From: an uncultured Planctomycetales bacterium | GTDB lineage: Bacteria > Omnitrophota > Gorgyraeia > Zapsychrales > JANLHA01 | DNA length: 64,000 nucleotides | Reading direction: 5' to 3' | Assembly (NCBI GenBank): GCA_964595465.1 | Contig: CAZQQI010000002.1 | Coordinates: 66,078-130,077, forward strand | Shown here: piece by piece, positions 56,551 to 64,000 of the stretch | Layout of the letters: each line of letters opens with the position of its first letter | Position numbering within the stretch: the stretch's first letter is position 1 | The notes under the pieces: generated by a model | The model's input: only the letters and a program-made list of their open reading frames with translations | The model's database searches: none | Told to the model about the DNA's origin: nothing | Translations under genes and position numbers: made by a program

Positions 56551-57489
56551 ATGCCGCCGAAAAACATACGTTCTGGACTGCTGAAAATCTATATCAGCGG
56601 ATTTTGTATGGGAGTGGCTGATATCATTCCCGGGGTTTCCGGCGGGACTATTGCCTTCATTTTTGGTATCTATGAGCGTCTGGTGTCCTCCCTGAGAGCC
56701 ATTGATAAGGTTTTTCTGGAATGCCTGTTCAAAAAACGCTGGAAGGAGGCCTGGCATCATATTGACGCAACGTTTTTGCTGAGTGTATTTGCCGGAATTT
56801 TTTCTGCTATTTTTATCCTGGCCGGTTTGCTGAAATGGCTTTTACGCGTATACCCGGTCCCGGTGCATTCGTTTTTTTTCGGCCTGGTCGCAGCCACGGT
56901 TTTTATCATCTTTTTTTCATTACGCACGCGTGATTTTGCCAAACTTTCTCTGGCGGTGATCGGCGCCTTCGGAATGTATCAGCTGGCGGGCATGATCCCG
57001 GTGCAGACACCCGACAACCTGTTCTTTCTTTTCTTTTCCGGAGTGCTTGCTATCTGCGCGATGATCCTTCCTGGAATTTCCGGCGCGTTTATTCTTTTGC
57101 TTTTAGGGAAATATGAATATGTCCTGGAGGCGATCCATCAGTATGATGTGATCGCTTTGGGTGTGCTGGCACTGGGCTGTGTGATCGGTCTCTTAAGCTT
57201 TGTCCGGTTGCTGGCCTGGCTGTTACGGCAGTATCATGATGTGACGTTGAGTATTTTAAGCGGAGTGGTTTTAGGTTCCTTGCGGAAGATCTGGCCCTGG
57301 AAAGAGAGTATCGGTTTTATCACTACCCCGCGGGGGAAGATTATCCCGACGGAAGAATTGAATGTTCTGCCTCAGCAGATGGACAGTAGTGTGGTAATGG
57401 CTGTGGTGTTGATGATTATGGGTTTCGCATTGTCATTCATCCTGAGCCGTTTCCGCACAGCTGATCAGACGAGTGCGAGCAGATCCTGA
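56551..57489 (+). CDS. DUF368-family polytopic membrane protein (family recently linked to undecaprenyl-phosphate translocation)
   Basis: Repeated 'IPGVSGGT' / 'LPGISGAF' motifs characteristic of DUF368 ('IPG(I/V)SRSG'). 8-9 TM helices. AAAGGAG RBS. Confidence 0.55.
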   Translation: MPPKNIRSGLLKIYISGFCMGVADIIPGVSGGTIAFIFGIYERLVSSLRAIDKVFLECLFKKRWKEAWHHIDATFLLSVFAGIFSAIFILAGLLKWLLRVYPVPVHSFFFGLVAATVFIIFFSLRTRDFAKLSLAVIGAFGMYQLAGMIPVQTPDNLFFLFFSGVLAICAMILPGISGAFILLLLGKYEYVLEAIHQYDVIALGVLALGCVIGLLSFVRLLAWLLRQYHDVTLSILSGVVLGSLRKIWPWKESIGFITTPRGKIIPTEELNVLPQQMDSSVVMAVVLMIMGFALSFILSRFRTADQTSASRS

Positions 57490-58166
57490 AGAATGCCGGT
57501 GATCATTTCCTGTCCCTTGCGGACCGCCTGGATCTTCTGGTCAGACGGGCGGTCGTAAGGGTCATCTTCTCCGATGATATCTGTTACATAAAGAATAACG
57601 AGCGCCGGAATTTTCTTATGCGCTGCGGCGGATAGAAAAGCCGCTGATTCCAGGTCAACCACTTTGATGTCGTTTTTCAACAGCCAGTCCTGCCAGGATT
57701 CTTCCAGTGTGATAGAAGGAAGGGACGCGCCGCGAACCGCAGCGATTTCCGGTTTTAGCGTAAAAAGGTTTTTTTGCCATGAGGTGTCTGATCTGACGAG
57801 TCGATCAGCGGTGAGTCCTTTCTGCAGAACGGAGGCTAAGCTCTCATTTGCCGCGATTTGGTTTAAACTCACAATGGAACCGACCTGCAGTTCTCCCTGC
57901 AGGGAGAGAGCCCCGCAGCTTCCGACAAAAATGGCCAACGGGCATTCGCGTCCAAGGTTTAAGACAGCATCCGCGACATAAGGGGCTCCAATGCCGGTTT
58001 CGATAATGGCGGCTTTTCGGTTTCCGCCGATACGATACGGGCGGTAACGTTTAAGATGTTCAGCTCCCAGAGTGTCTGTCAGCCCGGCATAGAGATAGGG
58101 GGTCATGACACAGGGTGTCTGGATGTGCTGGATCAGCTTGAGAGGATTTGCAGATGTGCTGTTCAT
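57465..58166 (-). CDS. PNP/UDP-1 family nucleosidase (MTA/SAH nucleosidase or futalosine hydrolase-like)
   Basis: 'AAIIETGIGAPYVADAVLNL…AIFVGSCGAL' fold motifs of the nucleoside phosphorylase-I family. About 230 aa, like MqnB/MtnN. Confidence 0.55.
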   Translation of the reverse strand: MNSTSANPLKLIQHIQTPCVMTPYLYAGLTDTLGAEHLKRYRPYRIGGNRKAAIIETGIGAPYVADAVLNLGRECPLAIFVGSCGALSLQGELQVGSIVSLNQIAANESLASVLQKGLTADRLVRSDTSWQKNLFTLKPEIAAVRGASLPSITLEESWQDWLLKNDIKVVDLESAAFLSAAAHKKIPALVILYVTDIIGEDDPYDRPSDQKIQAVRKGQEMITGILQDLLALV

Positions 58167-58205
58167 GGTAAAATGAATGTATTATCCTGATTAAAGGAGG
58201 TCATT

Positions 58206-59141
58206 ATGGATTATGTTACCATACCGAATACCGAATTAACAGTCCCGGGTTTGACTTTAGGGACCTGGGTTTTCGGCGGAATGAATTGGGGAGGAGCTGA
58301 TGAAAAATCCTGTATCCGCACCGTTCACGCGGCCCGTGATGCCGGGATGAACATGATCGATACGGCTCCGATCTATGGAAAAGGCCGGTCTGAAGAAATT
58401 GTGGGAAAAGCGATCAAAGAACAGCGTGATAAATATATTGTCGCGACAAAATGCGGTCTTCTTGCTGTAGACGGCGGAATACAAAATAATCTGCAGCCGG
58501 AATCGATACGCCGAGAACTGGAAGGATCCTTGAAACGTCTGAATACGGATTATATTGATATCTACCAGTGTCATTGGCCGGATCCCGATACGGATATTGA
58601 AGTGACCATGGATTGTCTGAAATCTTTGTGTTCTGAAGGCAAGATCCGGCATATCGGGGTGTCGAACTTTGACGGCAAGTTGTTAGCCAGGGCCCATTCG
58701 GTCGCTGCGGTTGTCACCCTGCAATCCCAGTATTCGATGCTGGTGCGTGATGTCGAACGAAGCATTTTGCCGTTTTGCCGGCAGCATGGTATCGGTTTCC
58801 TGGCCTATGGACCTCTGGCGGGGGGCATCCTGACGGGTAAATACCGCAAGCCGCAACAATTTAAGCCGCAGGATGTGCGCAGTTTTTTTTATAAATATTA
58901 TTTCGGGAAAGGGTTTGAACGTGTTCAGACCTTGCTGAAAACTTTGGATGAGATCGGCAGGCCGCTTAATCAGACCGCGATCAACTGGGTCCGTCAGACA
59001 AGAGGTGTCAGTTCTGTATTGGTGGGTTGCCGTAATCCGGAGCAGGTTGCTTCCAATGCCGCGGCATGTGATTGGACCCTTTCTGATGAACAGGTGGAGT
59101 CTATTGCCCAAGCCTTACGAGGTCTGGATGATGAATCGTGA
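58206..59141 (+). CDS. Aldo/keto reductase
   Basis: 'LGTWVFGG', 'IDTAPIYGKGRSEEIVGKAI', 'IRHIGVSNF', 'AYGPLAGGILTGKY' AKR signatures. GGAGG RBS. Confidence 0.85.
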   Translation: MDYVTIPNTELTVPGLTLGTWVFGGMNWGGADEKSCIRTVHAARDAGMNMIDTAPIYGKGRSEEIVGKAIKEQRDKYIVATKCGLLAVDGGIQNNLQPESIRRELEGSLKRLNTDYIDIYQCHWPDPDTDIEVTMDCLKSLCSEGKIRHIGVSNFDGKLLARAHSVAAVVTLQSQYSMLVRDVERSILPFCRQHGIGFLAYGPLAGGILTGKYRKPQQFKPQDVRSFFYKYYFGKGFERVQTLLKTLDEIGRPLNQTAINWVRQTRGVSSVLVGCRNPEQVASNAAACDWTLSDEQVESIAQALRGLDDES

Positions 59142-60474
59142 GCGGGACTCTGCAGCCATCCGTGCCATGGTAAAGAGCGCTTTTGCGCATTTCGGACGGA
59201 ATAAGACTGAACAAATCGCCCGGCTCGCGCTGGAGATCAGCCGGCGGGAAAATGAACCTGTTGAGAAAATCCTGGTTCGTGTGAAAGAAGGCGGCGGTCC
59301 GTCTTTCCCGGAAGTCAAATCCAGTCTTATTGATCGGCGTTACCCTGCATTAAATGCCCGGGAAAAAGCCAATGTCCCTTTTTTCCCGCTGCCTGCAGAG
59401 AATTTTCCTGCGGTGCCCTTGACAGGAATGGAGTTTTATCCGCGCAGAGTTCATTATGAACAGGGGCTTAACGATCATCCATTGACACGCCGTTTCCGCG
59501 CGCGCTTTCCGCAGGCCCGTTTCCAGCAGATCTTGTCTTATCGTGACTATTCTCAAGACCGTCCGTATTCTCTCTGTGATTACAACCAACGCAGAGAGAT
59601 GATTTTTATTGTTCAGGAGCACTATGATTTTCTTCAGCAATGTCCCTGTACACCAGGGGCCTTGCCCTGCGGATATTTCAATTTAAACCTGGGCTACGGC
59701 TGTGCGTATGACTGCGCGTACTGTTTTTTACAAGGGTACACTAACGCGGCGGGACTCGTTTTTCCGGCGAACCTTGGGGATTATTTTGACCATCTCCGGC
59801 ATACTCTGCGCCCGGGGATGCGTGTGGGAACCGGGCAAAATACGGATTCTTTGTTTCTGGATGATGTGACACACTATTCCACTGAACTGCTGGAATTTTT
59901 CCGTTCGTTTCCTGAGGTCCGGCTGGAGCTGAAAACAAAAAGTGACTGCATCGAGAACTTACTGCAGGTTTCGCCTCCGGATAATGTGGTGATATCCTGG
60001 TCTGTTAATCCGGAAGTCATCGTCTCAGAGGTTGAGGCCGGAACAGCATCCCTGCAAAAAAGGGTGGAAGCGGCCCGGCGCTGTGCTGAACAGGGATATC
60101 AGGTTGCCTTCCATTTTGATCCCATTGTCCGTATTCCCGCATGGAGAGAGGAGTATTCCCGGGTTGTGGAACAAATTTTTAAATCCGTACCATCGCATAA
60201 AATTTCCTGGATCAGTCTGGGCTGTCTGCGTATGACCAAATCTCTTTATCAAGCTGTTGAAAAGCGTTTTCCTGCGTCATATATCCTGCTGGAAGAACAG
60301 GTTCTGGGATATGATGATAAGATCCGGTATCCGCGGCGTTTTCGTGATGAGATGTATGCTTTTATACGTGATAAAATTTTCTCTTTTGATCCTGAGCGGC
60401 CGGTTTATTTATGTATGGAATCACCTGATATCTGCCGGTCTCTGGAGCTGTCACCACGATCATTGTCTGTTTGA
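59128..60474 (+). CDS. Spore-photoproduct-lyase-family radical SAM protein with an N-terminal extension of about 100 aa
   Basis: 'GYGCAYDCAYCFLQ' CxxxCxxC cluster in the SPL-like context. 'EFYPRRVHYEQG…HPLTRRF' resembles the SPL N-terminus. Overlaps the AKR stop. An alternative start at 59428 would give a canonical protein of about 350 aa. Confidence 0.6.
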   Translation: MMNRERDSAAIRAMVKSAFAHFGRNKTEQIARLALEISRRENEPVEKILVRVKEGGGPSFPEVKSSLIDRRYPALNAREKANVPFFPLPAENFPAVPLTGMEFYPRRVHYEQGLNDHPLTRRFRARFPQARFQQILSYRDYSQDRPYSLCDYNQRREMIFIVQEHYDFLQQCPCTPGALPCGYFNLNLGYGCAYDCAYCFLQGYTNAAGLVFPANLGDYFDHLRHTLRPGMRVGTGQNTDSLFLDDVTHYSTELLEFFRSFPEVRLELKTKSDCIENLLQVSPPDNVVISWSVNPEVIVSEVEAGTASLQKRVEAARRCAEQGYQVAFHFDPIVRIPAWREEYSRVVEQIFKSVPSHKISWISLGCLRMTKSLYQAVEKRFPASYILLEEQVLGYDDKIRYPRRFRDEMYAFIRDKIFSFDPERPVYLCMESPDICRSLELSPRSLSV

Positions 60475-60519
60475 CCGGTGACCGGCTTTCCGATATAATC
60501 TCTTTTCCAAGGATTTTTT

Positions 60520-61218
60520 ATGACGACAGTATATAAAAAGATTTCTCTTGCCTGCCGGGCAGTCATTTTTGATATGGATGGTGTGATCACCGATACCATG
60601 CCGGATCATTATGAAGCCTGGCGGCGGGTTTTTTTACACCGCCTGGATCTCAAAATCACACAAAAAGATGTTTATTTACGGGAAGGGGAGACCGGCCCGC
60701 ATGGCGTGCGTGGTATTCTTGAGGAGCATAATATTCCTTATACAGAGGAATTGGCCAACGATCTTCTCAAAAAGAAAGAAGCGGTATTTCCTGAGATTGT
60801 TGGTTTGCGCTATATCCCGGGATCGTTAAGTTTTTTGGCTTTCCTGCAGAAGCAGGGTTTTTCTTTAGCTTTGGTCACCGGCACGTCACGGCGTGAAGTC
60901 GAAGCATTTCTTCCCGCAGAAACGCGCGCATTGTTCCGCACGATCGTGACCGGAAATGATGTCCGCCGCGGGAAGCCGTCTCCCGAGCCGTACCAGCAGG
61001 CCCTGTCTTCTCTGAGTATTTCTGCGGATGACGCGGTCGTTATTGAAAATGCTCCTTCAGGAATAGCCTCAGCCAAAGCCGCTGATATCCGCTGCCTGGC
61101 GCTGACAACATCTCTGGAATCGGCCTATCTGGACCAGGCCGACTTTATTTTTTCTTCCATAAAGGAAGTCCGGGAGAATACGGAATTTTTCAATACCGGA
61201 GAACGGTATGGACATTAA
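60520..61218 (+). CDS. HAD-IA family hydrolase (beta-phosphoglucomutase/phosphatase-like)
   Basis: 'AVIFDMDGVITDT' motif I. 'LALVTGTSR' motif II. 'GKPSPEPY' and 'IENAPSGIASAKAAD' motifs III/IV. Confidence 0.8.
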   Translation: MTTVYKKISLACRAVIFDMDGVITDTMPDHYEAWRRVFLHRLDLKITQKDVYLREGETGPHGVRGILEEHNIPYTEELANDLLKKKEAVFPEIVGLRYIPGSLSFLAFLQKQGFSLALVTGTSRREVEAFLPAETRALFRTIVTGNDVRRGKPSPEPYQQALSSLSISADDAVVIENAPSGIASAKAADIRCLALTTSLESAYLDQADFIFSSIKEVRENTEFFNTGERYGH

Positions 61219-62071
61219 GCGCGCACTGCTGCTCTACAAAATCAGCATTTATGATTATTATACAAAATCATCTTTGACCGGTGGTGTTTCCGACCAGGAG
61301 ATGTCGCGTTTTCAGATAACCCATGACCGTCATTACCGGGCTTTAGAGGCTGTTGAATCAGCCTGTCATTCGGCCGGGATCCCCTATCACCTTCAGGAGC
61401 GGGGATCGCTGAAGGATTATGCCCGGTATGATCTGATCGTGACAATCGGCGGTGACGGCACGTTTTTGGAGGGTGCGCGGTATACGGAAAATCAATTGAT
61501 CTTGGGAGTGAATTCTGATCCGCATTGGAGTGTCGGCCGTTTCTGCACCTGTACGCCGGACACATTCGCTGAATCCCTAACGGCTCTTACGCAAGACCGC
61601 CACTATGTTCAGGAGCTTACTCGCCTTCAGGTTGAAACAGTGAAGGATCCCCGAACAATTTTATTTATTAACGATATCCTGGTCTGCCACGCGCATCCCG
61701 CCGTCCTCAGCAGATATGAGATCACACTGAATGGCCATACCGAGGAGCACCGTGATTCGGGAATTTGGATCTCGACAGCGGCCGGCTCAACCGGTGCGAT
61801 CCGTTCTGCCGGAGGTGAGGTTTTGGATCCCGAAAAAAGTGAGTTTCAGTACATGCCCCGGGAATTATATCCGGGTTGGAACGAAGGGGAGTATTCTTTA
61901 ACAGGGGGTGTTCTTCCCGCTGACGCCGAACTCCGTCTGCGCTCCCTGATGCCCGAAGGGGTGATCTACGTTGACGGGGCTCACGAGCGTCAGGCTTTTC
62001 CTTCAGGTGAAGAGGCGGTGATCAGACGTTCGGGAAGCCCTCTCCGTGTTATCCGCTGCGGCCATTCATGA
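61208..62071 (+). CDS. nadK: NAD(+) kinase
   Basis: 'DLIVTIGGDGTFL' GGDGT motif. 'GIWISTAAGSTGAIRSAGGEVLDP' NE/DGxxxSTxxGSTAY-like motif. Confidence 0.75.
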   Translation: MDIKRALLLYKISIYDYYTKSSLTGGVSDQEMSRFQITHDRHYRALEAVESACHSAGIPYHLQERGSLKDYARYDLIVTIGGDGTFLEGARYTENQLILGVNSDPHWSVGRFCTCTPDTFAESLTALTQDRHYVQELTRLQVETVKDPRTILFINDILVCHAHPAVLSRYEITLNGHTEEHRDSGIWISTAAGSTGAIRSAGGEVLDPEKSEFQYMPRELYPGWNEGEYSLTGGVLPADAELRLRSLMPEGVIYVDGAHERQAFPSGEEAVIRRSGSPLRVIRCGHS

Positions 62072-63153
62072 AGACACTCGATCCAACATTTTCCCGCGCG
62101 TTGCTCCGTTGGTATTCCCGTCACAAACGGGATCTTCCCTGGAGGAGGACGCGGGACCCGTATGCCATCTGGATCTCCGAGATCATGCTCCAGCAGACAA
62201 CTGTCGCTGCTGTGATCCCTAAATTTCATTCCTGGATTCATCGTTTTCCGAATATTGAGACTCTTTCCCGGGCCCGGCGCCAAACGGTTCTTAAGATGTG
62301 GGAAGGATTAGGTTATTATGCCCGCGCCCGTAATCTTCATAACGCAGCCAAAATGATCACCCGGCAATATCAGGGGAAAGTCCCTGATGATCTTCGTAAA
62401 TTACAATGCCTGCCGGGATTTGGTCCATATACAGCCGCTGCTGTTTCCAGTATTGCTTATAACCGAAGAAATCCGCTTATTGACGCGAATGTGCGGCGGG
62501 TCATGATGCGTATCCTGGCATTCACCGGCGAGATAGATCGTAAAACAGACCGCCATATCTTTATCCTATTATCTAAACTCATACCGCGAAGTGCTGGAAA
62601 TTTCAATCAGGCTCTGATGGAACTCGGTGCTTTGCTTTGCGGGAAAATTCCTCAATGTCTGCAGTGCCCGGTTCGTTCATGGTGCCGAGCTTATGAACAG
62701 GATATTCAGGCAGCGATCCCGCCTCGTAAGATCAGACCGTTAACCCGGATTCGTGCGGCCGTGGCACTGATCCAGCGCCAGGACGGCAAATGGTTGATCC
62801 AGCAGCGTTCCGGAAAAGGTTTGCTGGCTGAGCTCTGGGAATTTCCCGGAGGGAAACTGGAAAAGGGAGAAACATCACAGCAGGCTGTGGTCCGTGAAGT
62901 CCGTGAAGAAGCCGGTGCTGAAATTTGTCCTTGCGCGCTTTATATGAAAACACATCATTTTTATCTGAATTACCGCGTCCATTTAGATGCCTGGCGTTGT
63001 CGGCTTCTAAACAATCCCCCTAAAAAATCCAATCAGCGCTGGGTTTCTCTGCTGGCTATAAGCCGGTACCCTATGCCGTCCGGCAGTGTTAAAATTGTCG
63101 AACGCATGCTCAGGGATAAAGAGTTACCGAAAAAGGGTATTGCGAAAAAATGA
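62068..63153 (+). CDS. mutY: A/G-specific adenine DNA glycosylase with a C-terminal NUDIX (MutT-like) domain
   Basis: 'DPYAIWISEIMLQQTTVAAV', 'GLGYYARARNL', 4Fe-4S loop 'CGKIPQCLQCPVRSWC'. C-terminal 'ELWEFPGGKLEKGETSQQAVVREVREEAG'. Confidence 0.85.
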   Translation: MKTLDPTFSRALLRWYSRHKRDLPWRRTRDPYAIWISEIMLQQTTVAAVIPKFHSWIHRFPNIETLSRARRQTVLKMWEGLGYYARARNLHNAAKMITRQYQGKVPDDLRKLQCLPGFGPYTAAAVSSIAYNRRNPLIDANVRRVMMRILAFTGEIDRKTDRHIFILLSKLIPRSAGNFNQALMELGALLCGKIPQCLQCPVRSWCRAYEQDIQAAIPPRKIRPLTRIRAAVALIQRQDGKWLIQQRSGKGLLAELWEFPGGKLEKGETSQQAVVREVREEAGAEICPCALYMKTHHFYLNYRVHLDAWRCRLLNNPPKKSNQRWVSLLAISRYPMPSGSVKIVERMLRDKELPKKGIAKK

Positions 63154-63205
63154 AATTTTAGCGGTTTTTTCAGCTATGTTTGTTATACTTAACTTAGCCT
63201 GTTTT

Positions 63206-63231
63206 TGTCCATGGCTGTCCAACTGTGTCCA
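63206..63231 (+). promoter_or_regulatory. Three direct TGTCCA repeats phased exactly 10 bp apart (TGTCCAtggc TGTCCAactg TGTCCAagga) upstream of the REC-HD-GYP gene
   Basis: Seen directly. Helical-turn phasing is typical of response-regulator (OmpR/PhoB/NtrC-type) direct-repeat binding arrays. Confidence 0.45.
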
Positions 63232-63286
63232 AGGAAGAACCTGTGGGATGGTACCGCAGGCCAATTGATCACGTATAAAGGAAAGT

Positions 63287-64000
63287 ATGGGGCGTTCTGA
63301 TAAAACATCAAAAACACGCATTTTGATCATTGATGATCAAAAACTGCATCATTTGTATCTGCAGAATGTTTTAAAGAATGCCGGATACGATGATGTGCGT
63401 TGTCTGGCTGAACCGCTTGACACCTTTACGACAGTGGAGGATTACCACCCGGATCTGATCATCCTTGACATCTTAATGCCGCATATGGACGGGTTTCAGG
63501 TCATGCAGCAGCTGCAGGATTTCCGCCAGGAACATTATTTACCCATTTTAGCGATTTCCGCTGAGACCAGCCCGGAATTTCGTTTGAAGGTTCTGCAATC
63601 CGGAGCGACAGATTTTTTAACCAAGCCTTATGAAAATGTTGAGATCCTTTTCCGTATCCGGAATATGCTGGAAATGCGTCAGCTTCATTTAGCGCTGGAA
63701 GGTCAAAACCGTATTCTGGAAGAAGTGGTCGAAGAGCGGACCCGGGAACTGAAAGACTCACAGAAAGAGATCATTCAACGGCTGGCGCAGGCAGCGGAAT
63801 TCCGTGATAATGAAACTGGAAAACACATTATCCGTATGAGCTATTATGCTGAACGGCTGGGTCGCGCGATGGGTTTGAGTGATGAGGAATGCGAATTATT
63901 ACAGATAGCCAGTCCCCTCCATGATATTGGTAAGATCGGTATCCCGGATGATATTTTATTAAAACCCGGCAAGCTGACCACCGAAGAATATAAGATCATG
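63287..64000 (+). CDS. Response regulator with a REC domain and an HD-GYP phosphodiesterase domain (RpfG-like). 3' end truncated by the window edge.
   Basis: 'RILIIDDQKLHHLY…LIILDILMPHMDG…PILAISA' REC. 'GKHIIRMSYYAERLG…LLQIASPLHDIGKIGIPDDILLKPGKLTTEEYKIM' HD…GYP-type motifs. Not in the ORF track because there is no stop codon before the window edge. Confidence 0.8.
   Translation, partial: MGRSDKTSKTRILIIDDQKLHHLYLQNVLKNAGYDDVRCLAEPLDTFTTVEDYHPDLIILDILMPHMDGFQVMQQLQDFRQEHYLPILAISAETSPEFRLKVLQSGATDFLTKPYENVEILFRIRNMLEMRQLHLALEGQNRILEEVVEERTRELKDSQKEIIQRLAQAAEFRDNETGKHIIRMSYYAERLGRAMGLSDEECELLQIASPLHDIGKIGIPDDILLKPGKLTTEEYKIM

Noticed and set aside
1-64000. CRISPR arrays, transposases/integrases, phage genes, defence islands
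   Set aside because: No regularly spaced direct repeats. No DDE/tyrosine-recombinase-like ORFs, and no restriction-modification or other defence signatures were recognised. The only repeat-like elements are the short structured intergenic elements listed in findings.

Overview
This looks like a chromosomal window from a Gram-negative genome, likely a MAG (roughly 50% GC, densely coding, nearly all genes on the + strand). It contains about 60 protein-coding genes. I found no rRNA, tRNA, CRISPR array, transposase or integrase.

Recognisable genes include: an incomplete tryptophan operon (trpE, trpG-D, trpB, trpA) behind a striking perfect 38-bp palindrome; ilvD; a pabB-pabC fusion; a class II CPD photolyase overlapping a yeast-type (Fcy1-like) cytosine deaminase; mutY; NAD kinase; a UbiB/ABC1 kinase; two MscS channels; and an ArsR regulator upstream of an MMPL/RND transporter, a LolA-like protein and an outer-membrane barrel.

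There is also an envelope-glycan block: a YfhO-like protein, a GH18-like hydrolase, a GT9 heptosyltransferase, an AT-rich pyruvyl transferase, a NodU-type carbamoyltransferase with its SxtJ-like and DUF5989 partners, and a TMTC-like membrane TPR protein. Several orphan two-component proteins are present: two REC–pseudoREC paralogs, a soluble REC-histidine kinase, a single-domain REC, and a REC–HD-GYP protein.

The most interesting region is 44.4–56.3 kb. A two-component pair precedes a run of signal-peptide proteins. Three of these have chaperone-usher-pilin-like C-terminal donor-strand motifs. They are followed by a 971-aa outer-membrane protein combining TPR, a CpaC/secretin-N-like domain, a barrel and Cna-B-like domains. 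This looks like an undescribed or atypical surface-fibre (archaic chaperone-usher / Flp-like hybrid) assembly system.

Several non-coding signals are also noted: the trp palindromic operator, an ArsR operator, a 140-bp TIR-flanked structured element before ilvD, G-quadruplex-capable GC hairpins, and phased TGTCCA repeats.

All functional calls come from motif recognition by eye. No database searches were run.
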